Below are positions 48,655 to 62,377 of a DNA stretch of 64,000 bases, in pieces. The stretch lies in the NCBI GenBank assembly GCA_964016885.1, contig OZ024755.1, positions 2,976,001 through 3,040,000 on the forward strand, in the 5' to 3' direction. The translations under genes and the position numbers were made by a program. The DNA comes from Eledone cirrhosa. Its lineage: Eukaryota. Below the pieces are notes generated by a model. It saw only the letters and a program-made list of their open reading frames with translations, made no database searches and was not told the origin of the DNA. The stretch's first letter is position 1, and each line of letters opens with the position of its first letter.

Positions 48655-50069
48655 TTATATAATTATGTCAGAGATTTTATATTTGTATAATTAGAAGCAG
48701 ACTCTTTCTATTTCATCATTATGAGTAAAGTATTTCGTTGGTCAAACGGACCCGCTCTCGTTTTGGATTATCTGCAACCCACAACCCACCTCTTATGTAT
48801 TATTGCCAAGAGAGAATCTTCTAGTTTTAGTAATTTCTATTCTGAAATCTTTCATATATTCACTTCTCTTCATATCTTCTTTCATGTATTTCCGCTGTGG
48901 CTTTTGTTGTTTTTTATTATGTTTATACTGAAAATTGTTTCAGTTTTGTCATTTCTAGATTTCTTTTCGTTTTGTTTTATTCCTGTTCGTTTTTATCTGC
49001 CAAATATTTTCCTTATTTATTGTTTTAATGTTTTTATAGTCACCGTTTTTATTGTTATTGTTTGGTTGTGGTTTTATTACATATTATTTGTTTGAAGTCT
49101 TCTGTTTTTATGCCAGGCATATTCTTAGATTTTCACTATCTACCTATCTACCTATCCATTTACCCATCTATCTCTCTATCTACCCATCTATCTATATATA
49201 TCTCTATCTACCCATCTATCTATCTATCTACCTACCTACCTATCTATCCAACTATCTATCTTCTGAAAGTAGCTAACTGATTATGTTCCAGCGTAACTTC
49301 TATATCAAGGTTATTTTTCTCTTGATGTGTTAGACTAGTTTGGGAAATCTTGTGGGGCTATAAAATATGCATTTAATATGGAAGCGTATATCTTTCAAGC
49401 ATTTTGCTTTATTTACAGGAATCTCCAGCTATATAAAAGACTGTCTTTTATTGAATAGTGGTTTATTAATTCTTGGAGATGCTGCGCTTTGCTCGCTGCA
49501 ATATTGCATTTTATGCATTCAATTTAACAGGCTTATTCTCCTTGTTAGCGTTATACCGAACTATACAGTTTTCATTATATTATATAGAGATACTGTGATT
49601 CTTTTTATTATTTTTTTAGCTGTGTGGAAATGATTTAATTTGTGCACATTAGTGGCTACCGAAGGCGACTCTATCATTCCATCCTGTTTCCATAAAATAT
49701 AATATAAATAAATCTAGTATATCTTAGTTCTCCAAATATTTTTGGAATGTCCGTTAGTTATAAATTATCATTATTATTATTATAGTGGATATGTTTAGGA
49801 AGCTGCTATGATGCAGACGGAGTTGTAAATATTGACATAACAAAAGCGAATAAGAAAGGTAAGAATGAATGGGAAGAGAAGGAAAAACGTAATATGAGAG
49901 ATTCTGCTACCTTGGTAATATTTATTATCCCCGATATATTTTGGATAATCTATCTCTTCTGTTAGGAGAGCTTCAAGCAAACTATAACTATAACATATCA
50001 CAGTATTTTCAAACAATTCCATACAAAATTATTTTATATCATTAAATGCATCTGAGTATTGTTGAGGTG

Positions 50070-50340
50070 TGGGCACCGTTGGATTGCGGATTATGTGCGC
50101 TCATAATGTTGTGGGTTCGATTCCTGGACTCGGTTGTGTGTTGTTCTTGAGCAAAACATTTCATTTCACGTTGCTACAGCGCACTTAGCTGAAAATAAGT
50201 TCTAACAGTAAAGGATGGGGTTTTAATCCTGAGATGGACTGGTGTCCTTTCCAGGGGGAAGTCTTGTATCCTCAGTCACTTCATGCCACGGAAGCTTTGA
50301 TAAGCATCGGCCTTATGAGACTCCGGGCTCAAGACAAACT
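50070..50340 (+). mobile_element. SINE family B relative with a different tail
   Basis: GGTTCGATTCC then TTCTTGAGCAAAACATTTCATTTCACGTTG. Confidence 0.7.
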
Positions 50341-51102
50341 TTTGAGATTTTTAGACCTTCTTTTAACCCGCTAAAATATTCAGTCCTTTGCGACCAGAAG
50401 GCTCATTTGTATCATGTGGTATTTGCTAATATTTTAGTAGCTAAACACTTAAATTCTATTTATACAGCTTTACTAGGTTCATGATCCTTCCAAATGTACC
50501 GAAACCAGATAGCTATAGGAGCAACTTATAAGTGGAGTTTGGTGTTTGTCTTGTTTGTATATGTATACGTCTTCTTTATATTATCTTTTACTGCTATTTG
50601 GAGCACCCACACAGTATCTTCATCTCTCTCTCTCTCTCTCTCTCATGTATGTGTGTGCGTATGCAGATACATACTTACGCGCACACATGCATAATACATG
50701 ACTCTCCCCATATCTATCGAGATTTCCATACATCTACCAACATATATATATATATATCACGTCAATATATCAGCTACAGGAACGGACAAACACTTGTGAT
50801 TCCCCTTGCAAAAATGATATAAATGCTATTTAAGCATAAAACTGACAACCCTGCATAGCATGGACATATTTACACTCTTCTCATTGAAGCACATTCATCA
50901 CACACTCACAAGTTCTGCCTCCTAGATATAGATAGATTTCTCATCTCTCTCCTCTCTCTCTCATCTCTCTCTTTCTCTCTCATCTCTCTCTCTCATCTCT
51001 CTCTCTCATCTCTCTCTCTCATCTCTCTCTCATCTCTTTCTCTCTCATCTCTCTCCTCTTTCCTCTCTCTCTCTCATCCCTCTCTCTCATCTCTCACCTC
51101 TT

Positions 51103-51152
<50 letters not shown>

Positions 51153-51559
51153 TATATAAATGTATGTATATATATATATATTTCTCATTCCATCCACATA
51201 TCCATCTATCATGCATCATTTGTCCATTTCCAATAATGTGAGAATAAACATTTGCGCTTAAAACTTTTCTATGTTGACCATATTTCAATACAGTTTCTCC
51301 TTTTAAGCAACATTTATCTCCATCAACCTATATCGTTCTCAGGATACACATAACAATGAAGAGTTTCAACATAATTATAAGACTGACGAGAAATGAATGA
51401 TATTGCCCCCAGAGTTACTTAATTTGGTGACCTATAAATTGTCAGTGTAAAACCATTCTGATACCTGTTCATATACACCCGTATATTATGTTCATCCCCA
51501 GAGCTAGTCTCTCTCGTCCTCTCTCTCACTCACTCATATATATATATATATATTATGGG

Positions 51560-51720
51560 TGTAAAAGGTAAACAGAAATAACAACACAATCGGTACAGTA
51601 TATGGAAGGGATATATTAGGTTAACGCTTGATATAGCAGGAAGATGGTCTTAACGTTTCGGACGCTAGTCCTTCATCAGAAGAAAGAATGAGAAATAAGA
51701 TAGATAGAGGGGACGGGCGT
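51560..51720 (-). mobile_element. Hammerhead element family F
   Basis: Homologous to 54461-54628 in inverse orientation; short inverted piece at 52047-52072. Confidence 0.8.
51648..51683 (-). ncRNA. Minimal type I hammerhead ribozyme (Penelope-like, loopless palindromic stem III)
   Basis: UCUU-CUGAUGA-A-GGAC-UAGC-GUCC-GAAAC-GUU/AAGA. Confidence 0.75.
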
Positions 51721-51978
51721 GATGGAATTGGAAAAAATGTCTTTAGATAAAAATAAGAAGTCCATTCATGTTGACATCTCTCTCTTGGCAGTAGAGGGTT
51801 ACCTCTTGGCAGTAGAGGGTTACCTCTTGAACATTGACCTGAATGTTTTGACTCCACAAACTGCTTCATTCCTACATACTGCTTTACAGATGCGACAGAG
51901 AATTCCTGCATTTAGCACCTCCGATGATGCTTCGGGTGGTTTCGGATGTGCCAACTTCTCTTGTAACCGGCGTATAAG

Positions 51979-52038
<60 letters not shown>

Positions 52039-52069
52039 GCACACACCTTAAGACCATCTTCCTGATATA

Positions 52070-52220
52070 TCAGAAGATCCCGTTGAGGGTGAAAGCAGCG
52101 ATTATTTGCTTAAACTTTATTTTAATAAATATTTTCTCTAGGGTTCTTATATATTTGATATTTATTTATCCTTATCGAGCCTTCTTTGGATGTTAGTCTT
52201 CACATTTATTATTATTATTA
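52070..52220 (+). mobile_element. Family E second copy
   Basis: CAGAAGA-T-CCC-GTTGA-GGG-T-GAAAGCAGC and a tail shared with 37377. Confidence 0.75.
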
Positions 52221-53124
52221 CTATATATATATATATGTGTGTGTGTGTATAGTTGCTGAGGTCGATTTAATAGACCCCCATTCAAAGAAATGAATTGTTG
52301 TCGTTGTGCCTAAATTGGAAACCTGTTGTAATAGTAGTCGTAGTAGTTCAATGATCTGATTCTTTTGCTCGCTTCCATTGTACGAAGAATCCCAGCCTCC
52401 TGCTTTGACTGTTGTTTTGTTTTATTCTGTTGTATTAAAGGTCACCCGTATAACATATGTCCAGTACCTCTTAATGTAAAATTCCTGTTATTTCATTACA
52501 TATGTGTCTGCAGTGTTATCAATTCGAAGGTAGATTTCTCTCTTTCTGTTATCAATCTTTCACATCGTGTAAATATATCTATTCGTAGATATTGATATTT
52601 TGATAGAGACTTCATTTCTTTCAGAGAGTTATTGTCGTTCGATTCAATTGATAGAGTGTTTAGTAGATATTGCTTTTCCTGGCGGCCTTTGACAATTGTA
52701 TCTGTACAATTTTATTAAATCTCCATTTTCTATAGAAAAAAAAACTTGCTTGTTGCTGTTTAGAGTCACTTTGACATTCTGATACCTTGTACAAGTCTAT
52801 TTCCCCGCAGCTTCTTTTCAGTATTCTTGCCATATAGCTGGCGGAATTTCCTTTGTATAAACGTTTTAACTTTGTCAGGCAACTTTAGACCACGATACAG
52901 CAATCAGCAACAATGTGTCTTCACATCCTTCACTTATTGTGCATTTGTGGGGGTGGGTATTTCTTCAAGATACATATTCAGTAGTTATGTGCTCAAGGTT
53001 TTGGTACACGGCGTTTCTTGGGAACTTTAAGCCTGACGAAATCTATTTACCTCCAGGTCTGAATAACAACAGATTTCTTCCAGAGAAGCAGAGAAAGCAA
53101 TTGAAAAAGAGGTATAAAAAAAAT

Positions 53125-53288
53125 GAGTCGGCCTCAGTACTTGACTGGTACTTCTTTTATCGACCTAGAATGGATGAAAGGCAAAGTTGACCTCGGCAGG
53201 ATTTGAATTCAGAAAGCAGAGAGTCAGAATGAATACCGCAAAGTATTTTATCACACGACGTTCTAACTACTCTGCCAATTTGCCACCT
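53125..53288 (-). mobile_element. Old SINE family A relative
   Basis: GACTGGTAC...GGATGAAAGGCAAAGTTGACCTCGGC..GATTTGAA. Confidence 0.8.
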
Positions 53289-53773
53289 CGGTGTTTATTT
53301 AGAGTTCCCTTAAACTTCCCTCAATACTTTTATAGGCCTACAGTAAATATTTTATAACAGAAAGTACTATAGAAGGATTTACTGCTCAGTTTTCGCTGTA
53401 AACATAATCACTGTTGGTTTTAGATGATGCATTCTAAAACAGTCATTATCTTATTTCCTTGCCTAGTATTGCTAATTCCCATTAAGTCCAGTTGCGAATA
53501 TTATAACTTATTTCTGGAAGAGCTAGAATGTTGATGCCTATTACCGTATTTTTTTATTTATTTAACTCTGTTTTAAGTATATATCTAATGCTTTTATAAT
53601 ATCCAGCCGTAATCTATTCTTTCATTTTCTGCACATGCTCTGCTTTAGCTCGTCCATTAATCCTTAAGTATTTTTATAATCTCCCTTTGGTCTAAATCTT
53701 TTATCTCTGTTCCATTATCGAATCTGTTGTTAGTGACACATCGTATATACATACATACATCGCGTCCATTATT

Positions 53774-53810
<37 letters not shown>

Positions 53811-54345
53811 GTGTGTGTGTACGGATGTGTGGATGTACTATAATATATCAAAACACAGTGGCATGTTCAGCCGTTTTGTCTTGTGTCCAAAATTATTTTC
53901 AAGGGTAATGATGGCGTCTTTGGTTACTCTGTGAATTGGTCAGTTAGTTTGTAAATAAGTTGGTATGTTCTGGGGAGATCTGTGTAATTAGATCACTTGT
54001 TCCAGGCAAATAAATATAGACACTCATGCATGAAATTTGAAATACACAATGAGTTATTCTAATGAATTTGTGGAGGGTAGTGGTGAAAGATAAGGAAGGA
54101 ATGTCACACTTAAGCTATTCTTAGAGATTGGAGAGGTTGACGGGGAAATGGATGGGGTAAAAGAATAAAAATATTTAGAGAATTACACATTTAGTATCTT
54201 TTAATTTACTTTACAAGGTGTGTTTTGTAGCGAAAAAATAATTTTCTTTGATAGCCAGAATTCCATATGTTTGCTTAGCTGCACACGGAAACTGCATTCG
54301 TTAGCTTGGCTGCAACCATGGCTTCGTTGATGCTGTAATAAATTT

Positions 54346-54386
<41 letters not shown>

Positions 54387-54387
<1 letters not shown>

Positions 54388-54423
54388 AAGAATGAAAAAT
54401 AAGATAGATTGAAATTGAAGGGA

Positions 54424-54465
<42 letters not shown>

Positions 54466-54628
54466 TCCCTTCAATTTCAATCTATCTTATTTTTCATTCT
54501 TTCTTCTTCTGATAGACTAGCGTCCGAAACGTTAAGACCCTCTTCCTGCTATATCAAGCGTTAACCTAATATATTCCTTCCATATACTGTTGTACTGATT
54601 GTGTTGTTATTTATGTTTACCTTTTATA
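54387..54628 (+). mobile_element. Family F copy with a palindrome pivoting on (TA)n; decayed hammerhead at 54505-54537
   Basis: Arms 54387-54428 and 54461-54502 around a pure TA spacer. Confidence 0.8.
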
Positions 54629-55974
54629 TATATTTATATATATATAGTATATGTGCCTATATACACCTCTATTATATATGTCATATCCATTTTAGTGATC
54701 TAACATCTAACACCTTGATCCGACCAAATGTTTCATCATGTTCCACTCAAAATCCTGTCATCTTGACTAAATCTGGGCTGGTGTGGAAATGAAATCAGCA
54801 GCTTGGCTAAAGTATCATTTAGGGCCTAACCATAAAAAGCTGAACTGAGAAGATTGTAGAGCCCTCATACGCCGATATACGACGTGAGAGTCCATCATAT
54901 ATACATATATATATATATATATTATATATATTATATATATATAAATATATATACATATATTCACATATATATATATACCATATGTATATATATATACCAT
55001 GTGTATATATATATGTATATATATTTATGTACATACATACACAAATATTAGTCGTAGTACTAATATAGCGTGATTAATTTTGTTTGTTATACGTAAACAC
55101 ACCGCTCCTGCATTCATATACGCCGATATATATATGTGTGTGTGTATATATATATATATATTCATGCTTGCGTATGTGTGCGTGCGTACATGCCCGATTG
55201 TGTGTGTGTGTGTGTGTGTGTGAATGCCATCTCCATCGCGCCAGCCATATCTTGAAACAAAACGAAGTTATGATATATTTGTAGAAGATGATGGGATAAG
55301 TTAAGATAAAATAGAATACAATAAAATACGATTAAAAATAATACTGCATGCAGCATTTGCTATTCTCATAATATAATCTACATGAAGTATGGCTTATAAA
55401 TGGCGAAATGGCTGTACGTGCAAGCAGAAAAGTAACCACTTTTATAAACACGATTTCTACTGAAAATGAAAAGTGGAAAATTGATTTCACATCACGAAAT
55501 AGCGAGGCACTTTTCATAGTTAGACTACAAACCGAACAAAAAAAAAAATGACTGACTAAGCCGAAAGACGAATGGTTGGTCAAGTTCTGAAAACTTCTAG
55601 ACTATATGAAAGAAACTTTTATTTTTGTTCGATTATATATCGAAACTGAATGGTATACAACATGGAATTGGGAATAATATTGATGAGAGAAAGAAAAAGA
55701 AAGAGCATTGATCCAGATTGATCTGGAAATAAATCTATTGAGTTAGCAGCAGACAACATGCATGTAATTAGATATTTAATAAAAAGAAAAATGACAATGC
55801 TTATGGGAGGTAGGTATCTATTATATAAAATAGATACGCTAATAACGTACATACATATATATGTATAACATATGCATATGTATATATAACATATATATGT
55901 GCACACACATATATATATAATCACAGATATATATATACCTATATATATATACATATATATAGGTATATATATAT

Positions 55975-56075
<101 letters not shown>

Positions 56076-56080
56076 GGTAT

Positions 56081-56280
56081 ATAGGAAAAAGTATGACCAC
56101 GACGGCAGAGCTCAAGCCGTTTCGACGGCTATTTCTGGACTCCAGAAATAGTCGTCGAAATGGCTTGATCTCTGCCGTCGGGGTCATACTTTTTCCTATT
56201 TCCCACTCTACTACCCTAAGTATTGAGTACTCTGGTGCGTTATGGTCCATCTGGTTCCTTACCACAATTCCTTTGTTATA
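56081..56280 (+). mobile_element. Family D element: 119-bp palindrome plus tail
   Basis: Palindrome 56081-56199 centred on CTGG-ACT-CCAG. Confidence 0.85.
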
Positions 56281-56442
56281 TAGGTATATATATATCTATA
56301 TATATATATATATATGTATGTATATATATATATAAATATATATACATATATATACACACACACACACATATGCACATATATATGCATATATCCCTATGTA
56401 TGTATATATATATATGTATGTATATGTATGTATGTATGTATG

Positions 56443-56477
<35 letters not shown>

Positions 56478-56485
56478 ATATATGT

Positions 56486-56533
<48 letters not shown>

Positions 56534-56538
56534 GTATG

Positions 56539-56575
<37 letters not shown>

Positions 56576-56582
56576 ATATATG

Positions 56583-56631
<49 letters not shown>

Positions 56632-56632
56632 A

Positions 56633-56664
<32 letters not shown>

Positions 56665-56871
56665 GGGATATATGTATATATATATATATATATAGGGATA
56701 TATGTATATATATATATATATATATATAGGGGTATATGTATATATATATATATATATATATAGGGATATATGTATATATATATATATATAGGGGTATATG
56801 TATATATATATATATAACAAAGCAACACCTTTTAGACGTGGCTCCTGCAATGTAGACATTGCAGAAATAAT

Positions 56872-57050
56872 GATTTCTGGTCTAAACCCGAGACCCACAA
56901 TTTTGGAGGAGGGGAAATGTCGATATTTTATTGACCTTATAAGGATGAAAGGCACTGCTAACCTTGGAGGGATTTGAACTCAGAATATAAAGGGGTGTAA
57001 ACCCATTATGTAAAGCATGTTGTCAGATGCTCTAATGATACTGCCAACCC
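56872..57050 (-). mobile_element. SINE family A, diverged
   Basis: GGATGAAAGGCA, GATTTGAACTCAG, GATACTGCCAA. Confidence 0.8.
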
Positions 57051-57371
57051 ACGGTAGAAATAATGGATATGTGGATGAGACACGTGCTTATTCTAATGAC
57101 TGCTTATACACAATTGATGTACTCGATCTCGGATGGCTTGGGTTTCAAAAGCAACGACTTATACACCAATAACAATAAAGACAATGAGAGAGTGTATATG
57201 TGTTGGTTCGATGTACCAAAACTAACAGCTAAATCTTTCTCAAATCACACTGCTTTTCGATTTTAGGTTCAATAAGATCTCAAACCACATTCGCTTATTG
57301 AGTTGGGTGGAACATGTCAAATGGGACCAAGGAAACATTTCCACTGATCTGTCCATTGATGATACTACGGG

Positions 57372-57497
57372 CAGAAGGAACAACGTGAAATAAAGTGTCT
57401 TGCTCAAGGACATAGCGCATCACCTAATCCGGGAATCGAACTCATGACCTCATGGTTGTAAATCCAATTCTCAAACCACTATATCACGTGCCTTCAC
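57372..57497 (-). mobile_element. SINE family B, 5' half
   Basis: CAACGTGAAATAAAGTGTCTTGCTCAAGGAC, GGAATCGAACTC. Confidence 0.8.
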
Positions 57498-57823
57498 TAT
57501 TACTAATGAAATAAACCACCACTACAACAAGGCCCCCTACGAGAGTGTACTAAAACACCACCACTAACACTACCACCCAGACTACCATTGTGCGACGAAA
57601 CAAAACCATCTGTACCACTTCTACCACCAATTGTAGAACTATCTACTGAACTAAACCACTACTACCAACGGGGGTCATCACTATTACGACAGTGTACTAA
57701 AACACCACCACTAACACTACCACCCAGACTATCATTGGTGTGTCGAAACAAAACCACCTCTATCACGATGATTGCCACTTTGTACATCATAACTTCTACT
57801 ATGTACAGAAAACCACCACTACC

Positions 57824-58002
57824 ATGGCAGTATCGGTAGAGGGTCGGACGCCATGCTTTGACGCATAGAGTTACGGCCCTTGCCATTTTGAGTTCCACTC
57901 CCGCCGAGGTTAACTTTGCCTTTCATCCTTACGGGGTCGATAAAATAAAGTACCAGTAATGTACTGGGTAATTGTTGGCCTTGTGCCAAAAGTAGAAACA
58001 AT
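57824..58002 (+). mobile_element. SINE family A inserted in an ACC-rich degenerate ~146-bp repeat
   Basis: Full core; host repeat units at 57545 and 57691. Confidence 0.9.
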
Positions 58003-59245
58003 TATGTACTAGAGTACTGACAAAAGCTCCACTACTAGCTGTCTGTATAGAAACCTACTACCTTGTCTATCACTAAGTACTGAAATATTATCAGTACTAC
58101 CATAACTGTGTACTAAAATAAAAGCTCCACTACTATTACTATGACCTGAAACAAGCCACCTGTACCAACCACCGTTAGTACTATAAAACCACCAATCAAC
58201 TAAACAACAATTGCTACCACCACTACCACCACCACCTTTACAGAGAAGAATGCTGAACACTTGCTACTATTACTACGCCCACTACTAGCTGAAGCATTCT
58301 ACCAAGAAAACTGACCAAATATCATCCCCACCATCCAAAATGGTGGTGGCTAGATTTGATGAAAAATCAGGCCAAATGAAAATATAATTACAACCTATCT
58401 TAATTAAAGCACAAAGAAAGACCGGAAATTGATATGAAATTAGTTTTCTATCCTAACCAGAAATCTGATTGGTTCGTTGATTACTTGCTTCGTTCACTAT
58501 TGTTGTGTTGGTTGGTTAGTAGAGTTCATTTTAATTTACTTTCACTTCCTCTCTTCCTTTACTGCTTTCAATCTATCTTCCTTTCTCTCTTCCTTCATAT
58601 AAATTAAGTAGCACATTTCGTTTATATTTAATCCTATATTCTGTTCTATATTTCTCTTCCCCCAACCACACTTTCCCACCCCTCTAACCCTACTGCTTCA
58701 AATTCATCTCTACACTCTTCTTATTAGAATTATCATCACTATCACTAAGAGTAGCTAACTGGCAGCAACAGTACATCATATAACAATATTCCTAACAGTA
58801 TTTATTTATTTACGCTCCCATATGTTCAGAGTTCAAATCACACAACAATAAAGTAGTTTGTGGCACAGTTTCCAACCTATTAAAGAAATCTTCGCACAAA
58901 CACATGCACCTGAACAGCTTTGATATAACTGGACATAACCTTTATGTCTTCTGATTCTTCAAGAGACAAAGATGACAAAGATGTCGAGAGTGACAAAAGA
59001 TTCTGAGAAATTTCAGATGGAAGGTTTGATAATGAAGAAGAGGAAGAGGGGTGTCAAGAGAAAGCAGCAGTCAAGTCACCAATACCTTATCATTTGGCAA
59101 CTTGAAGAGAAAGGATCGCGATGAAACGATCAACGTAGCCAATTGTCCAAACAAACTAGACACAGTGTACCTAGCACTACCAACAACAATAACTACAGCA
59201 ACAAAACAAACAACAAGACCAGAACAACAATAATTATTGTTATTC

Positions 59246-59656
59246 AGGGCGGTGGTTTGGCAGTATCGGTAGAGCATCAGACACCATGCTAGGGTGGTGG
59301 ATTGGCAGAATCGGTAGAGCATCAGACACCATGCTAGGGCGGTGGATTGGCAGTATCGGTAGAGCATCAGACACCATGCTAGGGCGGTGGATTGGCAGTA
59401 TCGGTAGAGCATCAGACACCATGCTAGGGCGGTGGATTGGCAGTATCGGTAGAGCATCAGACACCATGCTAGGGCGGTGGATTGGCAGTATCGGTAGAGC
59501 ATCAGACACCATGCTTTGCAGAATAGTTATGGCCCTTTGTGTTCTGAGTTCAAATCTGCCGAGGCTAACTTTGCCTTTCATCCTTACGGGGTTCGATAAA
59601 ATAAAGTACCAGTAATGTACTGAGTAATCGCTGGCCTTGTGCCAAAAGTAGAAACA
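59246..59656 (+). mobile_element. SINE family A with its 45-bp head repeated six times (59246-59515)
   Basis: AGGGCGGTGGATTGGCAGTATCGGTAGAGCATCAGACACCATGCT x6, then a single body. Confidence 0.92.
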
Positions 59657-60479
59657 CTATTATTGTTGTTCAGAATGCTAACGGGGGTTTAACGAAGTTC
59701 ATTCTGAAGCCCACAGTCATAACACATATGGAGATATTCGACGAAACGTCACGAATACCTGCGGTGGTCAATAGCATGTGAAATATGATTTAAGTTGCTG
59801 AACTAGACAAGATATGAACCAGCTGTGGGCTGCGCCATTCACTGGTTAGAGGATGATATGATTTACAAACTGTATTGTAACATGCCAAACGTATTCACAA
59901 CGGCCTTAATAGATATCCACAACATTATGAAGCAAATAGGAAGTATGCCCTGGTGTATATAACGTTTAGTGGGAATGCTGTTGAGAAGGAACCCGGAAAA
60001 GGGGACATGATAGGTTCTGGCAGATACTCTGATGAATACAGAATTAATGATTTGTGGAAGGATGGTCGCTAAGAATTGGGTATAGGATGTTGAAAGTGTA
60101 GTCTGAGATGTAGGAATCCGACCGAACCCTGTCAGATCTATCCTCGACAAAATCTTTCTCTAAAACAGGGAGTTGGGGAGAAATTTGTATTTCCTAGAGA
60201 TCTGGTCAATTTAGAAAGATTATTCATCAAGAGAACCAGAAAATATTAGATATTATATAAAGCAGCCACAAAATATTGTTATATTTAAGCATCTCGTCTC
60301 AATGACGTTTCTCCTTCTTCAATTTCTTTTTATGTCCTAATAAATCGTATATATAAGCTATTAAATAGGAATACAATCAAAAGAGACTCTACTTGTACTT
60401 CAGAAGCGCCATCAACTATTCTAACTCTAGAAATATATCCTATAACTACAATATAATCTCTCTTACTAATAACCACATC

Positions 60480-60800
60480 ATACCTCGTAATTGTCCTTTT
60501 AACAATAATTGTCTTCCGAAAGGTTTGATCTACTATGCTAAATTCCGTTTAGAGAACAATACTACTCTCATATCTTATATTGCCCTCAATGAAATCTCTT
60601 TCAAAACCAGGTTTTATCAATATATTCACATAATTATGAAATCTGAAATCATTCTGACACAATCCATTTCTAAACATATCTAGTTTTATTTTAGAGGCAT
60701 GAGAAATCCATTATTCCCTGCCATTTAACTGGAGATTATTTCTATGGTAATTCAAAATTTGTTTCTGTTTGCTGTTGAAATTCCATGTTATTCTATAATG
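60480..60800 (+). pseudogene. Decayed Penelope-like GIY-YIG endonuclease relic
   Basis: CPFNNNCLPKGLIYYAK...SYIALNEISFKTRF...SISKHI followed by frameshifted FNWRL; resembles the PLE pattern CPL.G.CL...VY.A...YIG.TE..FK.R...LSKHIW. Confidence 0.65.
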
Positions 60801-60874
60801 AATAACAGACTGGAGATCGGCAACAGGTAACTCAAAATAACTGGGAAGTTTCAGTTTATAAAGGAAGAAAGGAA

Positions 60875-61420
60875 AGAGATAGATGGATAGATAGATAAAT
60901 AGATAGAGAGAGGGAGAGAGATGGATAGATAGATGGATAGATAGATAGATGGAGAGATAGATACGTAGATAGATAGACTGCTGGATAGATAGATTAGTAC
61001 ACAGAAAAATACATACATAAATAAATATATAGATACAAAAATATGTGCATACATACATACAAACATACATACAAACATACATACAAACATACATACAAAC
61101 ATACATACAAACATACATACAAACATACATACAAACATACATACAAACATACATACAAACATACATACATACAAACATACATACAAACATACATACAAAC
61201 ATACATACAAACATACATACATACATACATACATACATACATACATACATACATACATACATAGACATACATAGACATACATAGACATACATACATACAT
61301 ACATACATACATACATAGACATACATACAGATATAAATACATAGACATACATACAGATATAAATACATAGACATAAAACATAAATGCATGCATGCATACA
61401 TAAATACATAGACATGCATA
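60875..61420. repeat. (GATA)n and (ACAT)n/(ACATACATACAA)n microsatellites
   Basis: Direct inspection. Confidence 0.95.
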
Positions 61421-61749
61421 GACAGAAAGTTTGATGCAACACGTGCACATTTCTATGCACGCCTACATCAATAGTTATATATATATAGAGAGAGAGAGAT
61501 GCGACGTTTATCTGTGTGTATATAAGTACGGGAAAGGAAAGGTATAAGAGGTGTACATCTGAATAGATATAGAGGTAGATAAATAGATAGAAAGATTATA
61601 TTTCCGCTTAAATAGATGACATTAAGCAAGGTTGACAGAAGGCTAGTTTGATTCATCATACCACATAAATACACGCAGAGCCTCTTGGAAATAGGTCATA
61701 GATAAAAATGATCTAAACGCAATTTCACTGACTACTTGCATAGCTCTGA

Positions 61750-61784
<35 letters not shown>

Positions 61785-61971
61785 AATACACAATCACACA
61801 CGCACTGACGCAACACATCTTGACACTAAGACAAGTTTAAAGATAAACGTAGACACACAAACGCGTGTGCGTATATGTAAATTTGTGTGTGTGTATCTAT
61901 ATATAGAGAGAGAGAGGAAGAGAGAGAGAGAGAACCTGCAGCGTACCCAATGGATTGGGGAGATCTAGAGT

Positions 61972-62155
61972 GGATATAGAGTTGACACTGCACTCAGTGC
62001 TACTGTGGGAGCCCCTGCATGGACACACTGGAAGAGGAAGACCAAGGTTAACATACGTTGATGCCCTAAGGACAGACACTGGTTTCTTGGAGACGCAGGA
62101 CATGGCAGCGATAATGAGGGACAGAGACCGCTGGAGAGAGCTCGTCCATGGATCA
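61972..62155 (+). mobile_element. RTE LINE 3' fragment, same family as 16880
   Basis: ELTLHSVLLWEPLHGHTGRGRPRLTYVDALRTDTG...DRDRWRELV. Confidence 0.8.
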
Positions 62156-62377
62156 TATAAGGAAAAGAAATCGAAAATGTAACGAGTCTTTTTAAGAATA
62201 TTTATTTGTTTCCTTTACTGGTTTCACAGTTCTTCTGCTTTTCAAAAGTAGAATTGAGATGGAGGGTTTGCGGTTTTTCTCGCATTAGATGTGAGTATAG
62301 TCTGAATATAGCAGATTTCTACCAGAGAAGGATAAAAAGAGTTAGTGAGAGAATGGAAGTGAGAAAGAGATATAGTG

